A stretch of DNA of 64,000 bases from Escherichia phage UPWr_E4. The notes beneath the pieces are model-generated. The model made no database searches. It saw only the letters and a list, made by a program, of their open reading frames with translations, and was not told the DNA's origin. The position numbers were made by a program, and so were the translations under genes. This document shows, one piece after another, positions 10,652 through 22,936 of the stretch; position 1 is the stretch's first letter; the number at the start of each line of letters is the position of its first letter. The DNA lies in sequence record PP418987.1; one strand, written 5' to 3'.

Positions 10652-11284
10652 ATGAATATAGTATATTGGTTTACATTTGAAGACCGTGTCAAAAATAAGA
10701 CTCCGCCATACTATTATATCGGTAGTAAATTAAATTGCTCATTTGAGAACGGAATAATATATGACTCTTCCGGAAAGGAATACTGGAGCTCATGTAAACA
10801 AAAAAGATTTTTGAATGCGCTAATGCTTCAAAAACCGAGCGTTAAAATAATTCAAATTGATGATGACTTGGATGTTATTGAAGCAGAACGAAAATACCAA
10901 CTTGAAGTAAATGCCAGAGATAATCCAGACTATTTTAATCTGGTATATGCTGGTGGTGGATTTGGTGTGAGTGGTGAAACTCATCCAGCCAAAGACCCGG
11001 AAGTTAGAGAGCATATGAGATTGGCTAATTATATGAACCGTGACGATTTTAGACCTTGGAAAACATCACGAGCTAATATAGAGTCTTGGAAATTATCTCA
11101 TATTGCTTACGAGAATTATGTGTTATTATTATCCTCTAATCTGTACGGTAAAACTCCTGGATGGCGAAGAGTTAAAGGTAATATAAATATAACTGATACA
11201 ACTGCTAAATCGATGGTAAAGTATTTCAACTCAGGTTGGATACCTCTCGAAGACCCAGAGTATTGCGAATTATGCCAGCTATGA
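10652..11284 (+). CDS. segG: freestanding GIY-YIG homing endonuclease (SegG-like)
   Basis: N-terminal IVYWFTF...PPYYYIGSK resembles a GIY-YIG motif; sits between 59 and 32 where T4 segG lies. Confidence 0.65.
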   Translation: MNIVYWFTFEDRVKNKTPPYYYIGSKLNCSFENGIIYDSSGKEYWSSCKQKRFLNALMLQKPSVKIIQIDDDLDVIEAERKYQLEVNARDNPDYFNLVYAGGGFGVSGETHPAKDPEVREHMRLANYMNRDDFRPWKTSRANIESWKLSHIAYENYVLLLSSNLYGKTPGWRRVKGNINITDTTAKSMVKYFNSGWIPLEDPEYCELCQL

Positions 11285-11290
11285 GGTAAA

Positions 11291-11338
11291 GTGTCATAGC
11301 ACCAACTGTTAATTAAATTAAATTAAAAAGGAAATAAA
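11291..11338 (+). promoter_or_regulatory. gene 32 autoregulatory translational operator (AU-rich UUAAA repeats, upstream pseudoknot region)
   Basis: gtgtcatagcaccaactg followed by ttaattaaattaaattaaaaaggaaataaa immediately 5' of the gene 32 ATG. Confidence 0.6.
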
Positions 11339-12244
11339 ATGTTTAAACGTAAATCTACTGCTGAACTTGCTGCACAAATGGCTAAACTGAATGGCAATAA
11401 AGGTTTTTCTTCTGAAGATAAAGGCGAGTGGAAACTGAAACTCGATAATGCGGGTAACGGTCAAGCAGTAATTCGTTTTCTTCCGTCTAAAAATGATGAA
11501 CAAGCACCATTCGCAATTCTTGTAAATCACGGTTTCAAGAAAAATGGTAAATGGTATATTGAAACATGTTCATCTACCCATGGTGATTACGATTCTTGTC
11601 CAGTATGTCAGTACATCAGTAAAAATGATCTGTACAACACTGACAATAAAGAGTACAGTCTTGTTAAACGTAAAACTTCTTACTGGGCTAATATTCTTGT
11701 TGTAAAAGACCCAGCTGCTCCAGAAAATGAAGGTAAAGTATTTAAATATCGTTTCGGTAAGAAAATCTGGGATAAAATCAACGCGATGATTGCGGTTGAT
11801 GTTGAAATGGGTGAAACTCCGGTTGATGTAACTTGTCCGTGGGAAGGTGCTAACTTTGTACTGAAAGTTAAACAGGTTTCTGGATTTAGTAACTACGACG
11901 AATCTAAATTCCTGAATCAATCTGCGATTCCAAACATTGACGATGAATCTTTCCAGAAAGAACTGTTCGAACAAATGGTTGACCTTTCTGAAATGACTTC
12001 TAAAGATAAATTCAAATCGTTTGAAGAACTGAGCACTAAATTCGGTCAAGTTATGGGAACTGCTGCAATGGGTGGTGCCGCTGCAACTGCCGCTAAGAAA
12101 GCTGATAAAGTTGCTGATGATTTGGATGCATTCAATGTTGATGACTTCAAAACAAAAACTGAAGATGATTTTATGAGCTCAAGCTCTGGCAGTTCATCTA
12201 GTGCTGATGACACGGACCTGGATGACCTTTTGAATGACCTTTAA
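11339..12244 (+). CDS. 32: single-stranded DNA-binding protein gp32
   Basis: 301 aa; [19 protein letters not shown]..., zinc site [11 protein letters not shown], acidic C-terminus. Confidence 0.95.
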
Positions 12245-12266
12245 TAGATTATATTACTAATTAATT

Positions 12267-12296
12267 GGGGACCCTAGAGGTCCCCTTTTTTATTTT
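12267..12296 (+). terminator. rho-independent terminator after gene 32
   Basis: ggggacc-ctaga-ggtcccc hairpin followed by ttttttatttt. Confidence 0.7.
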
Positions 12297-12315
12297 AAAA
12301 ATTTTTCACAAAACT

Positions 12316-12345
12316 GTTTACATCCTTGTTCTTCCATGGTACTAT
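12316..12345 (+). promoter_or_regulatory. early promoter (GTTTACA, 17 nt spacer, TACTAT)
   Basis: Motifs read directly; immediately downstream of the gene 32 terminator. Confidence 0.5.
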
Positions 12346-12388
12346 ACAACTATCGGCAATACTGCTGATGATTAAAGAGGAAAACAAT

Positions 12389-12616
12389 ATGGCTAAAGTT
12401 GATATTGACATCGTTGATTTTGAATATATTGAAGAGATTATTCGTAATCGTTATCCTGAACTTAGTATCACAAGCGTGCAAGATTCTAAGTTTTGGAGTA
12501 TTCAAATCGTTATTGAAGGTCCTCTTGAAGACCTCACCCGCTTTATGGCTAATGAATATTGTGATGGTATGGATGCTGAAGACACAGAATTTTACATGGG
12601 AATGATTGAACAATAA
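12389..12616 (+). CDS. small early protein (frd.3-like), function unknown
   Basis: 75 aa from ATG at 12389 with AGAGGA RBS; the track start at 12326 is an upstream extension. Confidence 0.55.
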   Translation: MAKVDIDIVDFEYIEEIIRNRYPELSITSVQDSKFWSIQIVIEGPLEDLTRFMANEYCDGMDAEDTEFYMGMIEQ

Positions 12617-12661
12617 TTATCAAGGGGCTATTAAGCCCCTATTAAAATGAGGAAAATCAAA

Positions 12662-13048
12662 ATGGAAATCGGCAAAAAATACGAGTTAAATCCACACCGT
12701 ATTAAATCTTTCATTGATATTAGTTCATCAAATGCTAATATGGTCGGCATCATTCAAGAAAATGGTGGTTGGTTTGAAGTTAAATCAATATCAAGTTTAG
12801 ATGGCTTTGATTATGTAACCGAAATCATTTGTGCTAATGGTGAAATCTATAATGATGATGGTATGGGTGATGATTATTTTGAACTTAGTGAAGAAGAGTT
12901 TTATTGTTTCCGCGAATATAAAGAACCGACTTCTGAAGAAGATGAAGTCAAAGACAAGGTTTCTGGCGTAACAAAAATTCACTGCATTGTTGACGAAAAC
13001 AATGTAGATGAAATCATTGAACTTTTGCGAAAAACTTTCAAAAAGTAG
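12662..13048 (+). CDS. small acidic early protein (frd.2-like), function unknown
   Basis: ORF in track (12647..13048); ATG at 12662 has better GAGGA spacing. Confidence 0.55.
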   Translation: MEIGKKYELNPHRIKSFIDISSSNANMVGIIQENGGWFEVKSISSLDGFDYVTEIICANGEIYNDDGMGDDYFELSEEEFYCFREYKEPTSEEDEVKDKVSGVTKIHCIVDENNVDEIIELLRKTFKK

Positions 13049-13076
13049 TTTACATAGGGTTTTAGTTGTGATACTA
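13047..13076 (+). promoter_or_regulatory. early promoter (GTTTACA, 17 nt spacer, TACTAT)
   Basis: Motifs read directly, upstream of small ORFs. Confidence 0.45.
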
Positions 13077-13107
13077 TTACCCTATCAAAACTAATGGAGA
13101 AAAGAAA

Positions 13108-13176
13108 ATGTTAGCACCTTATATTATGGCAGCAGTTATGTTGGTTTGTTTATATCTTTTGATTAAAGCTTGCTAA
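13108..13176 (+). CDS. tiny hydrophobic peptide (22 aa, MLAPYIMAAVMLVCLYLLIKAC), putative single-pass membrane peptide
   Basis: GGAGAA RBS 7 nt upstream of the ATG; stop overlaps the RBS of the next ORF; below the 60 aa track cutoff. Confidence 0.3.
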   Translation: MLAPYIMAAVMLVCLYLLIKAC

Positions 13177-13186
13177 GGAGAATAAA

Positions 13187-13429
13187 ATGAGATTACAACG
13201 TCAGAGCATTAAAGATTCGGAAGTTAGAGGTAAATGGTATTTTAATATCATCGGTAAAGATTCTGAACTTGTTGAAAAAGCTGAACATCTTTTACGTGAC
13301 ATGGGATGGGAAGATGAATGTGATGGATGCCCTCTTTATGAGGATGGAGAAAGCGCAGGATTTTGGATTTACCATTCTGACGTCGAGCAGTTTAAAGCTG
13401 ATTGGAAAATTGTGAAAAAGTCTGTTTAA
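13187..13429 (+). CDS. small early protein, function unknown
   Basis: 80 aa ORF with GGAGA RBS. Confidence 0.55.
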   Translation: MRLQRQSIKDSEVRGKWYFNIIGKDSELVEKAEHLLRDMGWEDECDGCPLYEDGESAGFWIYHSDVEQFKADWKIVKKSV

Positions 13430-13439
13430 GGAAAATAAT

Positions 13440-13795
13440 ATGTCTGACATTCGTGTAGCTGGAATTGCTCGAGTAAGTATTCGTTGCCAACTTAAAACTG
13501 CACCTGGGACGGCTTATATTAATTTATCACACGACCTATGTTCTAGTGAAAGACAGTTAACAGGTGTAATTACATTTTACGCTGGATTTGGCGGAAACGA
13601 ATTTACTGTAGGCGAATTTGTTGGCTGTAAATTAAAAGTTCAGAAGAACGTATTAGAACTTTTTAATGACCTTTACGATGATAGTGATGAAGTTTTTGAT
13701 GAAATCGCACAAGCAGTTAACAGAGGAATGGTAACTTTAGTTAAAATGATTAAAGATAGCGGATTTGCTTCTGGCCCCTTTCAGTGGGAGGTAAT

Positions 13796-13799
<4 letters not shown>
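13440..13799 (+). CDS. small early protein, function unknown
   Basis: 119 aa ORF, ATG with RBS. Confidence 0.55.
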
Positions 13800-14824
<1,025 letters not shown>

Positions 14825-14825
<1 letters not shown>

Positions 14826-15373
14826 TGAAACAATACCAATTTTTAATTAAAGATATCCTGGAAAATGGCTACGAAACCGATGACCGAACAGGCACAGGAA
14901 CAATTGCTTTGTTCGGTACTAAATTACGCTGGGATTTAACTAAAGGTTTTCCTGCAGTAACAACTAAGAAGCTCGCCTGGAAAGCTTGCATTGCTGAGCT
15001 GCTTTGGTTTTTATCGGGAAGCACAAATGTCAATGATTTGCGATTAATTCAACATGATTCGTTAATCCAAGGCAAAACAGTTTGGGATGAAAATTACGAA
15101 AATCAAGCAAAAGATTTAGGATACCATAGCGGTGAACTTGGTCCAATTTATGGAAAACAGTGGCGTGATTTTGGTGGTGTAGACCAAATTATAGAAGTTA
15201 TTGATCGTATTAAAAAATTGCCAAATGATAGGCGTCAAATTGTTTCAGCATGGAATCCAGCTGAACTCAAGCAGATGGCATTACCGCCTTGTCATATGTT
15301 CTATCAGTTTAATGTGCGTAATGGCTATTTGGATTTGCAGTGGTATCAACGATCAGTAGATGTTTTCTTGGGT
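14825..15373 (+). CDS. td: thymidylate synthase, exon 1
   Basis: MKQYQFLIKDILENGYETDDRTGTGT...QRSVDVFLG; frame breaks at the known td intron 5' splice site (cttgggt|taattgagg). Confidence 0.9.
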
Positions 15374-16389
15374 TAATTGAGGCCTGAGTATAAGGTGACT
15401 TATACTTGTAATCTATCTAAACGGGGAACCTCTCTAGTAGACAATCCCGTGCTAAATTGTAGGACTGCCCTTTAATAAATACTTCTATATTTAAAGAGGT
15501 ATTTATGAAAAGCGGAATTTATCAGATTAAAAATACTTTAAACAATAAAGTATATGTAGGAAGTGCTAAAGATTTTGAAAAGAGATGGAAGAGGCATTTT
15601 AAAGATTTAGAAAAAGGATGCCATTCTTCTATAAAGCTTCAGAGGTCTTTTAACAAACATGGTAATGTGTTTGAATGTTCTATTTTGGAAGAAATTCCAT
15701 ATGAGAAAGATTTGATTATTGAACGAGAAAATTTTTGGATTAAAGAGCTTAATTCTAAAATTAATGGATACAATATTGCTGATGCAACGTTTGGTGATAC
15801 ATGTTCTACGCATCCATTAAAAGAAGAAATTATTAAGAAACGTTCTGAAACTGTTAAAGTTAAGATGCTTAAACTTGGACCTGATGGTCGGAAAGCTCTT
15901 TACAGTAAACCCGGAAGTAAAAACGGGCGTTGGAATCCAGAAACCCATAAGTTTTGTAAGTGCGGTGTTCGCATACAAACTTCTGCTTATACTTGTAGTA
16001 AATGCAGAAATCGTTCAGGTGAAAATAATTCATTCTTTAATCATAAGCATTCAGACATAACTAAATCTAAAATATCAGAAAAGATGAAAGGTAAAAAGCC
16101 TAGTAATATTAAAAAGATTTCATGTGATGGGGTTATTTTTGATTGTGCAGCAGATGCAGCTAGACATTTTAAAATTTCGTCTGGATTAGTTACTTATCGT
16201 GTAAAATCTGATAAATGGAATTGGTTCTACATAAATGCCTAACGACTATCCCTTTGGGGAGTAGGGTCAAGTGACTCGAAACGATAGACAACTTGCTTTA
16301 ACAAGTTGGAGATATAGTCTGATCTGCATGGTGACATGCAGCTGGATATAATTCCGGGGTAAGATTAACGACCTTATCTGAACATAATG
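15374..16389 (+). mobile_element. group I self-splicing intron in td (1016 nt) carrying the I-TevI ORF
   Basis: Intron 5' end taattgaggcctgagtataaggtgac... and 3' end ...ctgaacataatg recognised as the T4 td intron; flanking exons join in frame to a 286 aa thymidylate synthase. Confidence 0.9.
15505..16242 (+). CDS. I-TevI: intron-encoded GIY-YIG homing endonuclease I-TevI
   Basis: 245 aa; MKSGIYQIKNTLNNKVYVGSAKDFEKRWKRH... with zinc finger CKCG...CSKC. Confidence 0.9.
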   Translation: MKSGIYQIKNTLNNKVYVGSAKDFEKRWKRHFKDLEKGCHSSIKLQRSFNKHGNVFECSILEEIPYEKDLIIERENFWIKELNSKINGYNIADATFGDTCSTHPLKEEIIKKRSETVKVKMLKLGPDGRKALYSKPGSKNGRWNPETHKFCKCGVRIQTSAYTCSKCRNRSGENNSFFNHKHSDITKSKISEKMKGKKPSNIKKISCDGVIFDCAADAARHFKISSGLVTYRVKSDKWNWFYINA

Positions 16390-16701
16390 CTTCCATTTAA
16401 TATTGCATCATATGCTACGTTAGTTCATATTGTAGCTAAGATGTGTAATCTTATTCCGGGAGATTTGATATTTTCCGGTGGTAATACTCATATCTATATG
16501 AATCACGTAGAACAATGTAAAGAAATTTTACGTCGTGAACCTAAAGAGCTTTGTGAACTGGTAATAGGCGGATTGCCTTATAAATTCCGCTATCTTTCTA
16601 CTAAAGAACAATTGGAATACATTCTTAAACTCAGGCCTAAAGATTTCGTTCTCAAAGATTATCAGTCCCACGGCGTCTTGAAAGGAAAAATGGCGGTGTA
16701 A
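16390..16701 (+). CDS. td: thymidylate synthase, exon 2
   Basis: LPFNIASYATLVHIVAKMCNLIPGDLIFSGGNTHIYMNH... continues exon 1 in frame. Confidence 0.9.
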   Translation, partial: LPFNIASYATLVHIVAKMCNLIPGDLIFSGGNTHIYMNHVEQCKEILRREPKELCELVIGGLPYKFRYLSTKEQLEYILKLRPKDFVLKDYQSHGVLKGKMAV

Positions 16702-16724
16702 TTTTAATTTAATTGTGAGGATTT

Positions 16725-16988
16725 ATGATTTTACGATTTAAAGATACTTCTGGTGTAGTTCTTTTTACACTTCCTAACCCAAGTGAGTTAGAAGTTCCAG
16801 GACCAAATCAGCCTATTATCATTTATGGCAAAAAATATTATACTCATAAAATGACTCGTGAGTATTTTGATAATAAAATTTCCACAGTTAAAACTTCTTC
16901 TGACTGTTACTACGATATTACTGTTTTAACGGAAAAACAATATGCCGAATTATCACCGCGCGGGCCGTCTATGTCGGGTAGTGAATAA
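16725..16988 (+). CDS. small protein (nrdA.1-like), function unknown
   Basis: 87 aa ORF with GAGGA RBS. Confidence 0.55.
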   Translation: MILRFKDTSGVVLFTLPNPSELEVPGPNQPIIIYGKKYYTHKMTREYFDNKISTVKTSSDCYYDITVLTEKQYAELSPRGPSMSGSE

Positions 16989-17268
16989 ATACAAATCCGA
17001 CTTTGATGTGAATATTCACCGTGGTACATTTTGGGGAAATTACGTCGGTAAAGATGCTGGCAGCCGGGAGGCTGCCATTGAATTATTCAAAAAAGATTTT
17101 ATACGTCGAATTAAATCCGGAGAAATAACTAAAGCACATTTAGAGCCTTTACGTGGAATGAGGCTAGGATGCACATGTAAACCAAAGCCGTGTCATGGTG
17201 ATATAATAGCTCATATAGTTAACCGACTGTTTAAAGACGATTTTCAAGTTGAGGACTTATGCAATTAA
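16942..17268 (+). CDS. small protein (nrdA.2-like), function unknown
   Basis: 108 aa ORF overlapping its neighbours. Confidence 0.55.
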   Translation: MPNYHRAGRLCRVVNKYKSDFDVNIHRGTFWGNYVGKDAGSREAAIELFKKDFIRRIKSGEITKAHLEPLRGMRLGCTCKPKPCHGDIIAHIVNRLFKDDFQVEDLCN

Positions 17269-19523
17269 TTAATGTTATCAAAAGTAGTGGTGTTTCTCAG
17301 AGCTTTGACCCGCAAAAAATTATTAAAGTTTTATCTTGGGCATCTGAGGGAACATCAGTAGATCCTTATGAATTATATGAAAATATTAAATCATATCTCC
17401 GTGATGGAATGACAACTGATGACATTCAGACTATTGTCATTAAGGCTGCTGCGAATTCTATTTCGGTTGAAGAGCCTGATTATCAATATGTAGCTGCACG
17501 CTGTTTAATGTTCGCTCTTCGTAAGCATGTTTATGGGCAGTATGAACCACGTTCATTTATTGACCATATTTCTTACTGTGTAAATGAAGGTAAATACGAC
17601 CCTGAACTGTTGTCAAAATATTCAGCAGAAGAAATTACATTTTTAGAATCAAAAATTAAGCACGAACGGGATATGGAATTTACTTATTCCGGGGCGATGC
17701 AATTAAAAGAAAAATATCTAGTTAAAGATAAAACCACTGGTCAAATTTATGAAACTCCACAGTTTGCATTTATGACTATTGGAATGGCCTTGCATCAAGA
17801 TGAACCTGTTGATAGATTAAAACATGTTATCCGTTTTTATGAAGCGGTATCTACTCGACAGATTTCATTACCAACTCCTATTATGGCTGGTTGCCGTACT
17901 CCAACTCGGCAGTTTAGTTCATGCGTTGTTATTGAGGCAGGCGATTCACTGAAGTCTATCAATAAGGCTTCTGCTTCAATTGTTGAATATATCTCTAAAC
18001 GCGCTGGAATTGGTATTAACGTTGGTATGATTCGTGCTGAAGGTTCTAAGATTGGCATGGGTGAAGTACGCCATACTGGTGTTATTCCTTTTTGGAAACA
18101 TTTTCAGACTGCAGTTAAATCATGTTCACAGGGTGGAATTCGTGGCGGCGCTGCTACTGCTTATTATCCTATTTGGCATTTGGAAGTTGAAAATCTTCTC
18201 GTTTTGAAAAATAACAAAGGCGTAGAAGAAAACCGCATTCGTCATATGGATTATGGTGTTCAACTGAATGATTTGATGATGGAACGTTTTGGAAAGAACG
18301 ATTACATTACTTTGTTCAGTCCCCATGAAATGGGCGGAGAGCTTTATTATTCTTATTTTAAAGACCAAGACCGTTTCCGTGAATTATACGAAGCAGCAGA
18401 AAAAGACCCTAATATTCGTAAAAAGCGTATTAAAGCCCGTGAACTATTTGAATTGCTCATGACTGAACGCTCAGGAACAGCAAGAATTTATGTACAGTTC
18501 ATTGATAATACGAATAACTATACTCCGTTTATTCGTGAAAAGGCACCTATTCGTCAGAGTAACTTGTGCTGTGAAATTGCTATTCCAACAAATGATGTGA
18601 ATAGTCCTGATGCTGAAATTGGATTGTGTACTCTCTCTGCATTCGTACTAGATAATTTTGACTGGCAAGACCAAGATAAAATTAATGAATTGGCAGAAGT
18701 TCAAGTTCGTGCTCTTGATAATCTGTTGGATTACCAAGGATATCCAGTTCCTGAAGCAGAAAAAGCTAAAAAGCGTCGTAACCTCGGTGTAGGTGTTACC
18801 AACTATGCAGCTTGGCTGGCAAGTAACTTTGCTTCTTATGAAGATGCTAATGATTTAACACATGAACTATTTGAGAGATTACAGTATGGACTCATTAAAG
18901 CATCCATTAAGCTCGCCAAAGAAAAAGGACCTTGCGAATATTATTCAGACACTCGTTGGTCTCGAGGCGAATTACCTATCGACTGGTACAATAAAAAGAT
19001 TGACCAAATCGCAGCTCCAAAATACGTTTGTGACTGGTCGTCGCTGCGGGAAGACCTTAAGCTCTTTGGCATCCGTAATAGCACATTATCAGCACTTATG
19101 CCATGTGAGTCATCTTCCCAAGTTTCTAACAGTACAAACGGTATCGAGCCTCCACGTGGACCAGTCTCTGTTAAAGAATCAAAAGAGGGTTCCTTTAATC
19201 AAGTCGTGCCCAATATTGAGCATAACATAGACCTCTATGATTATACGTGGAAATTAGCTAAGAAAGGTAATAAACCTTATCTTACGCAAGTAGCTATTAT
19301 GCTTAAATGGGTATGTCAATCAGCTTCAGCAAATACATACTATGACCCGCAGATTTTTCCAAAAGGAAAGGTTCCAATGTCAATAATGATTGATGACATG
19401 CTATACGGATGGTATTATGGCATTAAAAATTTCTATTATCATAATACCCGTGATGGTTCTGGTACTGATGATTATGAAATAGAAACTCCAAAAGCTGAAG
19501 ATTGTTCATCCTGTAAATTATGA
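17259..19523 (+). CDS. nrdA: aerobic ribonucleotide reductase large subunit
   Basis: 754 aa; class Ia RNR motifs (NLCCEIAIP); same length as T4 NrdA. Confidence 0.95.
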   Translation: MQLINVIKSSGVSQSFDPQKIIKVLSWASEGTSVDPYELYENIKSYLRDGMTTDDIQTIVIKAAANSISVEEPDYQYVAARCLMFALRKHVYGQYEPRSFIDHISYCVNEGKYDPELLSKYSAEEITFLESKIKHERDMEFTYSGAMQLKEKYLVKDKTTGQIYETPQFAFMTIGMALHQDEPVDRLKHVIRFYEAVSTRQISLPTPIMAGCRTPTRQFSSCVVIEAGDSLKSINKASASIVEYISKRAGIGINVGMIRAEGSKIGMGEVRHTGVIPFWKHFQTAVKSCSQGGIRGGAATAYYPIWHLEVENLLVLKNNKGVEENRIRHMDYGVQLNDLMMERFGKNDYITLFSPHEMGGELYYSYFKDQDRFRELYEAAEKDPNIRKKRIKARELFELLMTERSGTARIYVQFIDNTNNYTPFIREKAPIRQSNLCCEIAIPTNDVNSPDAEIGLCTLSAFVLDNFDWQDQDKINELAEVQVRALDNLLDYQGYPVPEAEKAKKRRNLGVGVTNYAAWLASNFASYEDANDLTHELFERLQYGLIKASIKLAKEKGPCEYYSDTRWSRGELPIDWYNKKIDQIAAPKYVCDWSSLREDLKLFGIRNSTLSALMPCESSSQVSNSTNGIEPPRGPVSVKESKEGSFNQVVPNIEHNIDLYDYTWKLAKKGNKPYLTQVAIMLKWVCQSASANTYYDPQIFPKGKVPMSIMIDDMLYGWYYGIKNFYYHNTRDGSGTDDYEIETPKAEDCSSCKL

Positions 19524-19574
19524 TATAATTTGACTCACGGACGAGTCACCAACTATTAACTAAGCGGAAAATTT

Positions 19575-20753
19575 ATGAGCACAGTTTTTAATACAAACCC
19601 AGTTGATGTTTTAAAAGAACCTATGTTTTTTGGTTCAGGTCTTGGTATTGCGCGTTATGATATTCAACGTCATAAAGTTTTTGAAGATTTAACCGAAAAG
19701 CAGTTGTCATTTTTCTGGCGTCCTGAAGAAGTAAACTTAATGATGGATGCTGCACAGTTTAATAAGCTTCCTCAGTACCAGCAAAATATTTTTACTAACA
19801 ACCTGAAGTATCAATCACTTTTAGATAGCATTCAGGGTCGTGCGCCGTCTGCTGTACTTATGTCATTAATTTCAGACCCAAGTCTTGATACATGGGTTGC
19901 TACATGGACTTTTAGTGAAACTATTCACAGTCGTTCATATACTCATATCATGCGAAATCTTTATACTGATCCATCGAAGGTATTTGATGAGATTGTATTA
20001 GATGAAGCTATTATGAAACGTGCTGAATCCATTGGACGTTATTATGATGATGTTCTGATTAAAACTCGTTATTGGGAAAACGCTAAAGCTGATATCGAAT
20101 ACCAAAAAGAAATTAATGCAGACGAAGACGTTATTGAAGATGCTATTGAGCATGAGACATATTGGAAGCGTGAGTTAATGAAATCTCTTTACCTCTGTTT
20201 GCACGTTATTAATGCCTTAGAAGCTATTCGTTTTTATGTATCTTTCGCATGTACCTTTAACTTCCATAAGAACATGGAAATCATGGAAGGTAATGCCAAG
20301 ATTATGAAGTTCATTGCACGCGATGAACAGCTTCACCTTAAAGGCACCCAATATATTATTCGTCAACTTCAATCTGGTACTGATGGAGATCAATGGGTTA
20401 AAATTGCTCAAGAGTGTGAACAAGAAGCAGTTGATATTTTCATGGAAGTTAACCGCCAAGAAAAAGATTGGGCAGTTCATTTATTTAAAGATGGAGATGT
20501 TCCTGGATTAAATACAAATAGCATGTGGAGCTTTATTGATTACTTAACTGTATCTCGTATGAAGCAGTGTGGTCTTCCATGCCCAATTACCGATGCTCCG
20601 GTTAAACATCCATATCCTTGGATTCGTGAATATCTTAATTCTGATAATGTTCAATCTGCGCCACAAGAAGTAGAATTGTCATCTTATCTTGTTGCACAGA
20701 TTGATAATGATGTTGATGATAAAGTTATGATGAGTTTTAAAAAATACTTTTAA
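19575..20753 (+). CDS. nrdB: aerobic ribonucleotide reductase small subunit, uninterrupted (no intron)
   Basis: 392 aa continuous ORF following nrdA. Confidence 0.9.
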   Translation: MSTVFNTNPVDVLKEPMFFGSGLGIARYDIQRHKVFEDLTEKQLSFFWRPEEVNLMMDAAQFNKLPQYQQNIFTNNLKYQSLLDSIQGRAPSAVLMSLISDPSLDTWVATWTFSETIHSRSYTHIMRNLYTDPSKVFDEIVLDEAIMKRAESIGRYYDDVLIKTRYWENAKADIEYQKEINADEDVIEDAIEHETYWKRELMKSLYLCLHVINALEAIRFYVSFACTFNFHKNMEIMEGNAKIMKFIARDEQLHLKGTQYIIRQLQSGTDGDQWVKIAQECEQEAVDIFMEVNRQEKDWAVHLFKDGDVPGLNTNSMWSFIDYLTVSRMKQCGLPCPITDAPVKHPYPWIREYLNSDNVQSAPQEVELSSYLVAQIDNDVDDKVMMSFKKYF

Positions 20754-20757
20754 GGAG

Positions 20758-20773
20758 TGGGCCGCAAGGCCCA
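20758..20773 (+). promoter_or_regulatory. hairpin between a distal Shine-Dalgarno (AAGGAG 20752-20757) and the denA ATG; possible structure-bridged RBS and/or nrdB terminator
   Basis: tgggcc-gcaa-ggccca hairpin; no RBS adjacent to the ATG at 20781. Confidence 0.4.
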
Positions 20774-20780
20774 TTTTATT

Positions 20781-22368
<1,588 letters not shown>

Positions 22369-22371
22369 GCT

Positions 22372-22425
22372 GTTTACAAGTCCCTCGTGTTGTGTTATAG
22401 TAGTCTTACTGACATAACATGAGGA
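22372..22425 (+). promoter_or_regulatory. 54 bp promoter/stop/RBS cassette, copy 1 (identical to 38327-38380)
   Basis: GTTTACA, 17 nt, TATAGT, then stop codons in all three frames and a GAGGA RBS; exact second copy elsewhere in the window. Confidence 0.6.
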
Positions 22426-22432
22426 CTTTATG

Positions 22433-22936
22433 ATGGATTTGCAGCTTATTACTACTGAAATGGTCGTTGAAGCATACGGTGATACTACAGATGGGATTTC
22501 TGTATTTAAAGGAAATCGTCGAGTTGGATATATCACCGATCTTAAGAAAGATTTAGCTAAGCAAGTCAAGCGGAAAACGACCATTAAAGAATATCGAAAT
22601 CGTCGTCTTGAGCAAGCCCGTGATATGCTTCCTGATGCGGTTGAGGAGATGAAAGTCTTTTTAGAAAATCAGCTTGCGAAATATGATTGCGATGTGTTCA
22701 TTAATCAGACTCAACCTAATGTTCATATTAACAACTGTAAATGCTATATCATCGTTAATCCTTTAACGGGAAAACATCGTCTTGGAATTAGTAATCCAAA
22801 TCGTAGCGCATCGGATATGGCAGAAGATGTTGCGGCGTGCTTTAAAATTTCTAAATCTCCGGCTGAACATCATATTTTAATTAACGGTCTTTCTCAAGAC
22901 GATATTATAGAGGTTATTAAAACTTTATGCAATTAA
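22433..22936 (+). CDS. alc: Alc, inhibitor of host transcription
   Basis: MDLQLITTEMVVEAYGDTTDGISVFKGNRR...; 167 aa, size and position as T4 Alc. Confidence 0.85.
   Translation: MDLQLITTEMVVEAYGDTTDGISVFKGNRRVGYITDLKKDLAKQVKRKTTIKEYRNRRLEQARDMLPDAVEEMKVFLENQLAKYDCDVFINQTQPNVHINNCKCYIIVNPLTGKHRLGISNPNRSASDMAEDVAACFKISKSPAEHHILINGLSQDDIIEVIKTLCN

Noticed and set aside
11182-11189. TATAAATA inside the 3' end of segG as a late promoter for gene 32
   Set aside because: Exact match, but it lies within coding sequence about 150 nt upstream of gene 32 and I cannot distinguish it from chance in AT-rich DNA; left uncalled.
19575-20753. Expected nrdB group I intron, or a frameshift in nrdB
   Set aside because: nrdB is a single uninterrupted 392 aa ORF; no intron-like insertion or frame break is present.
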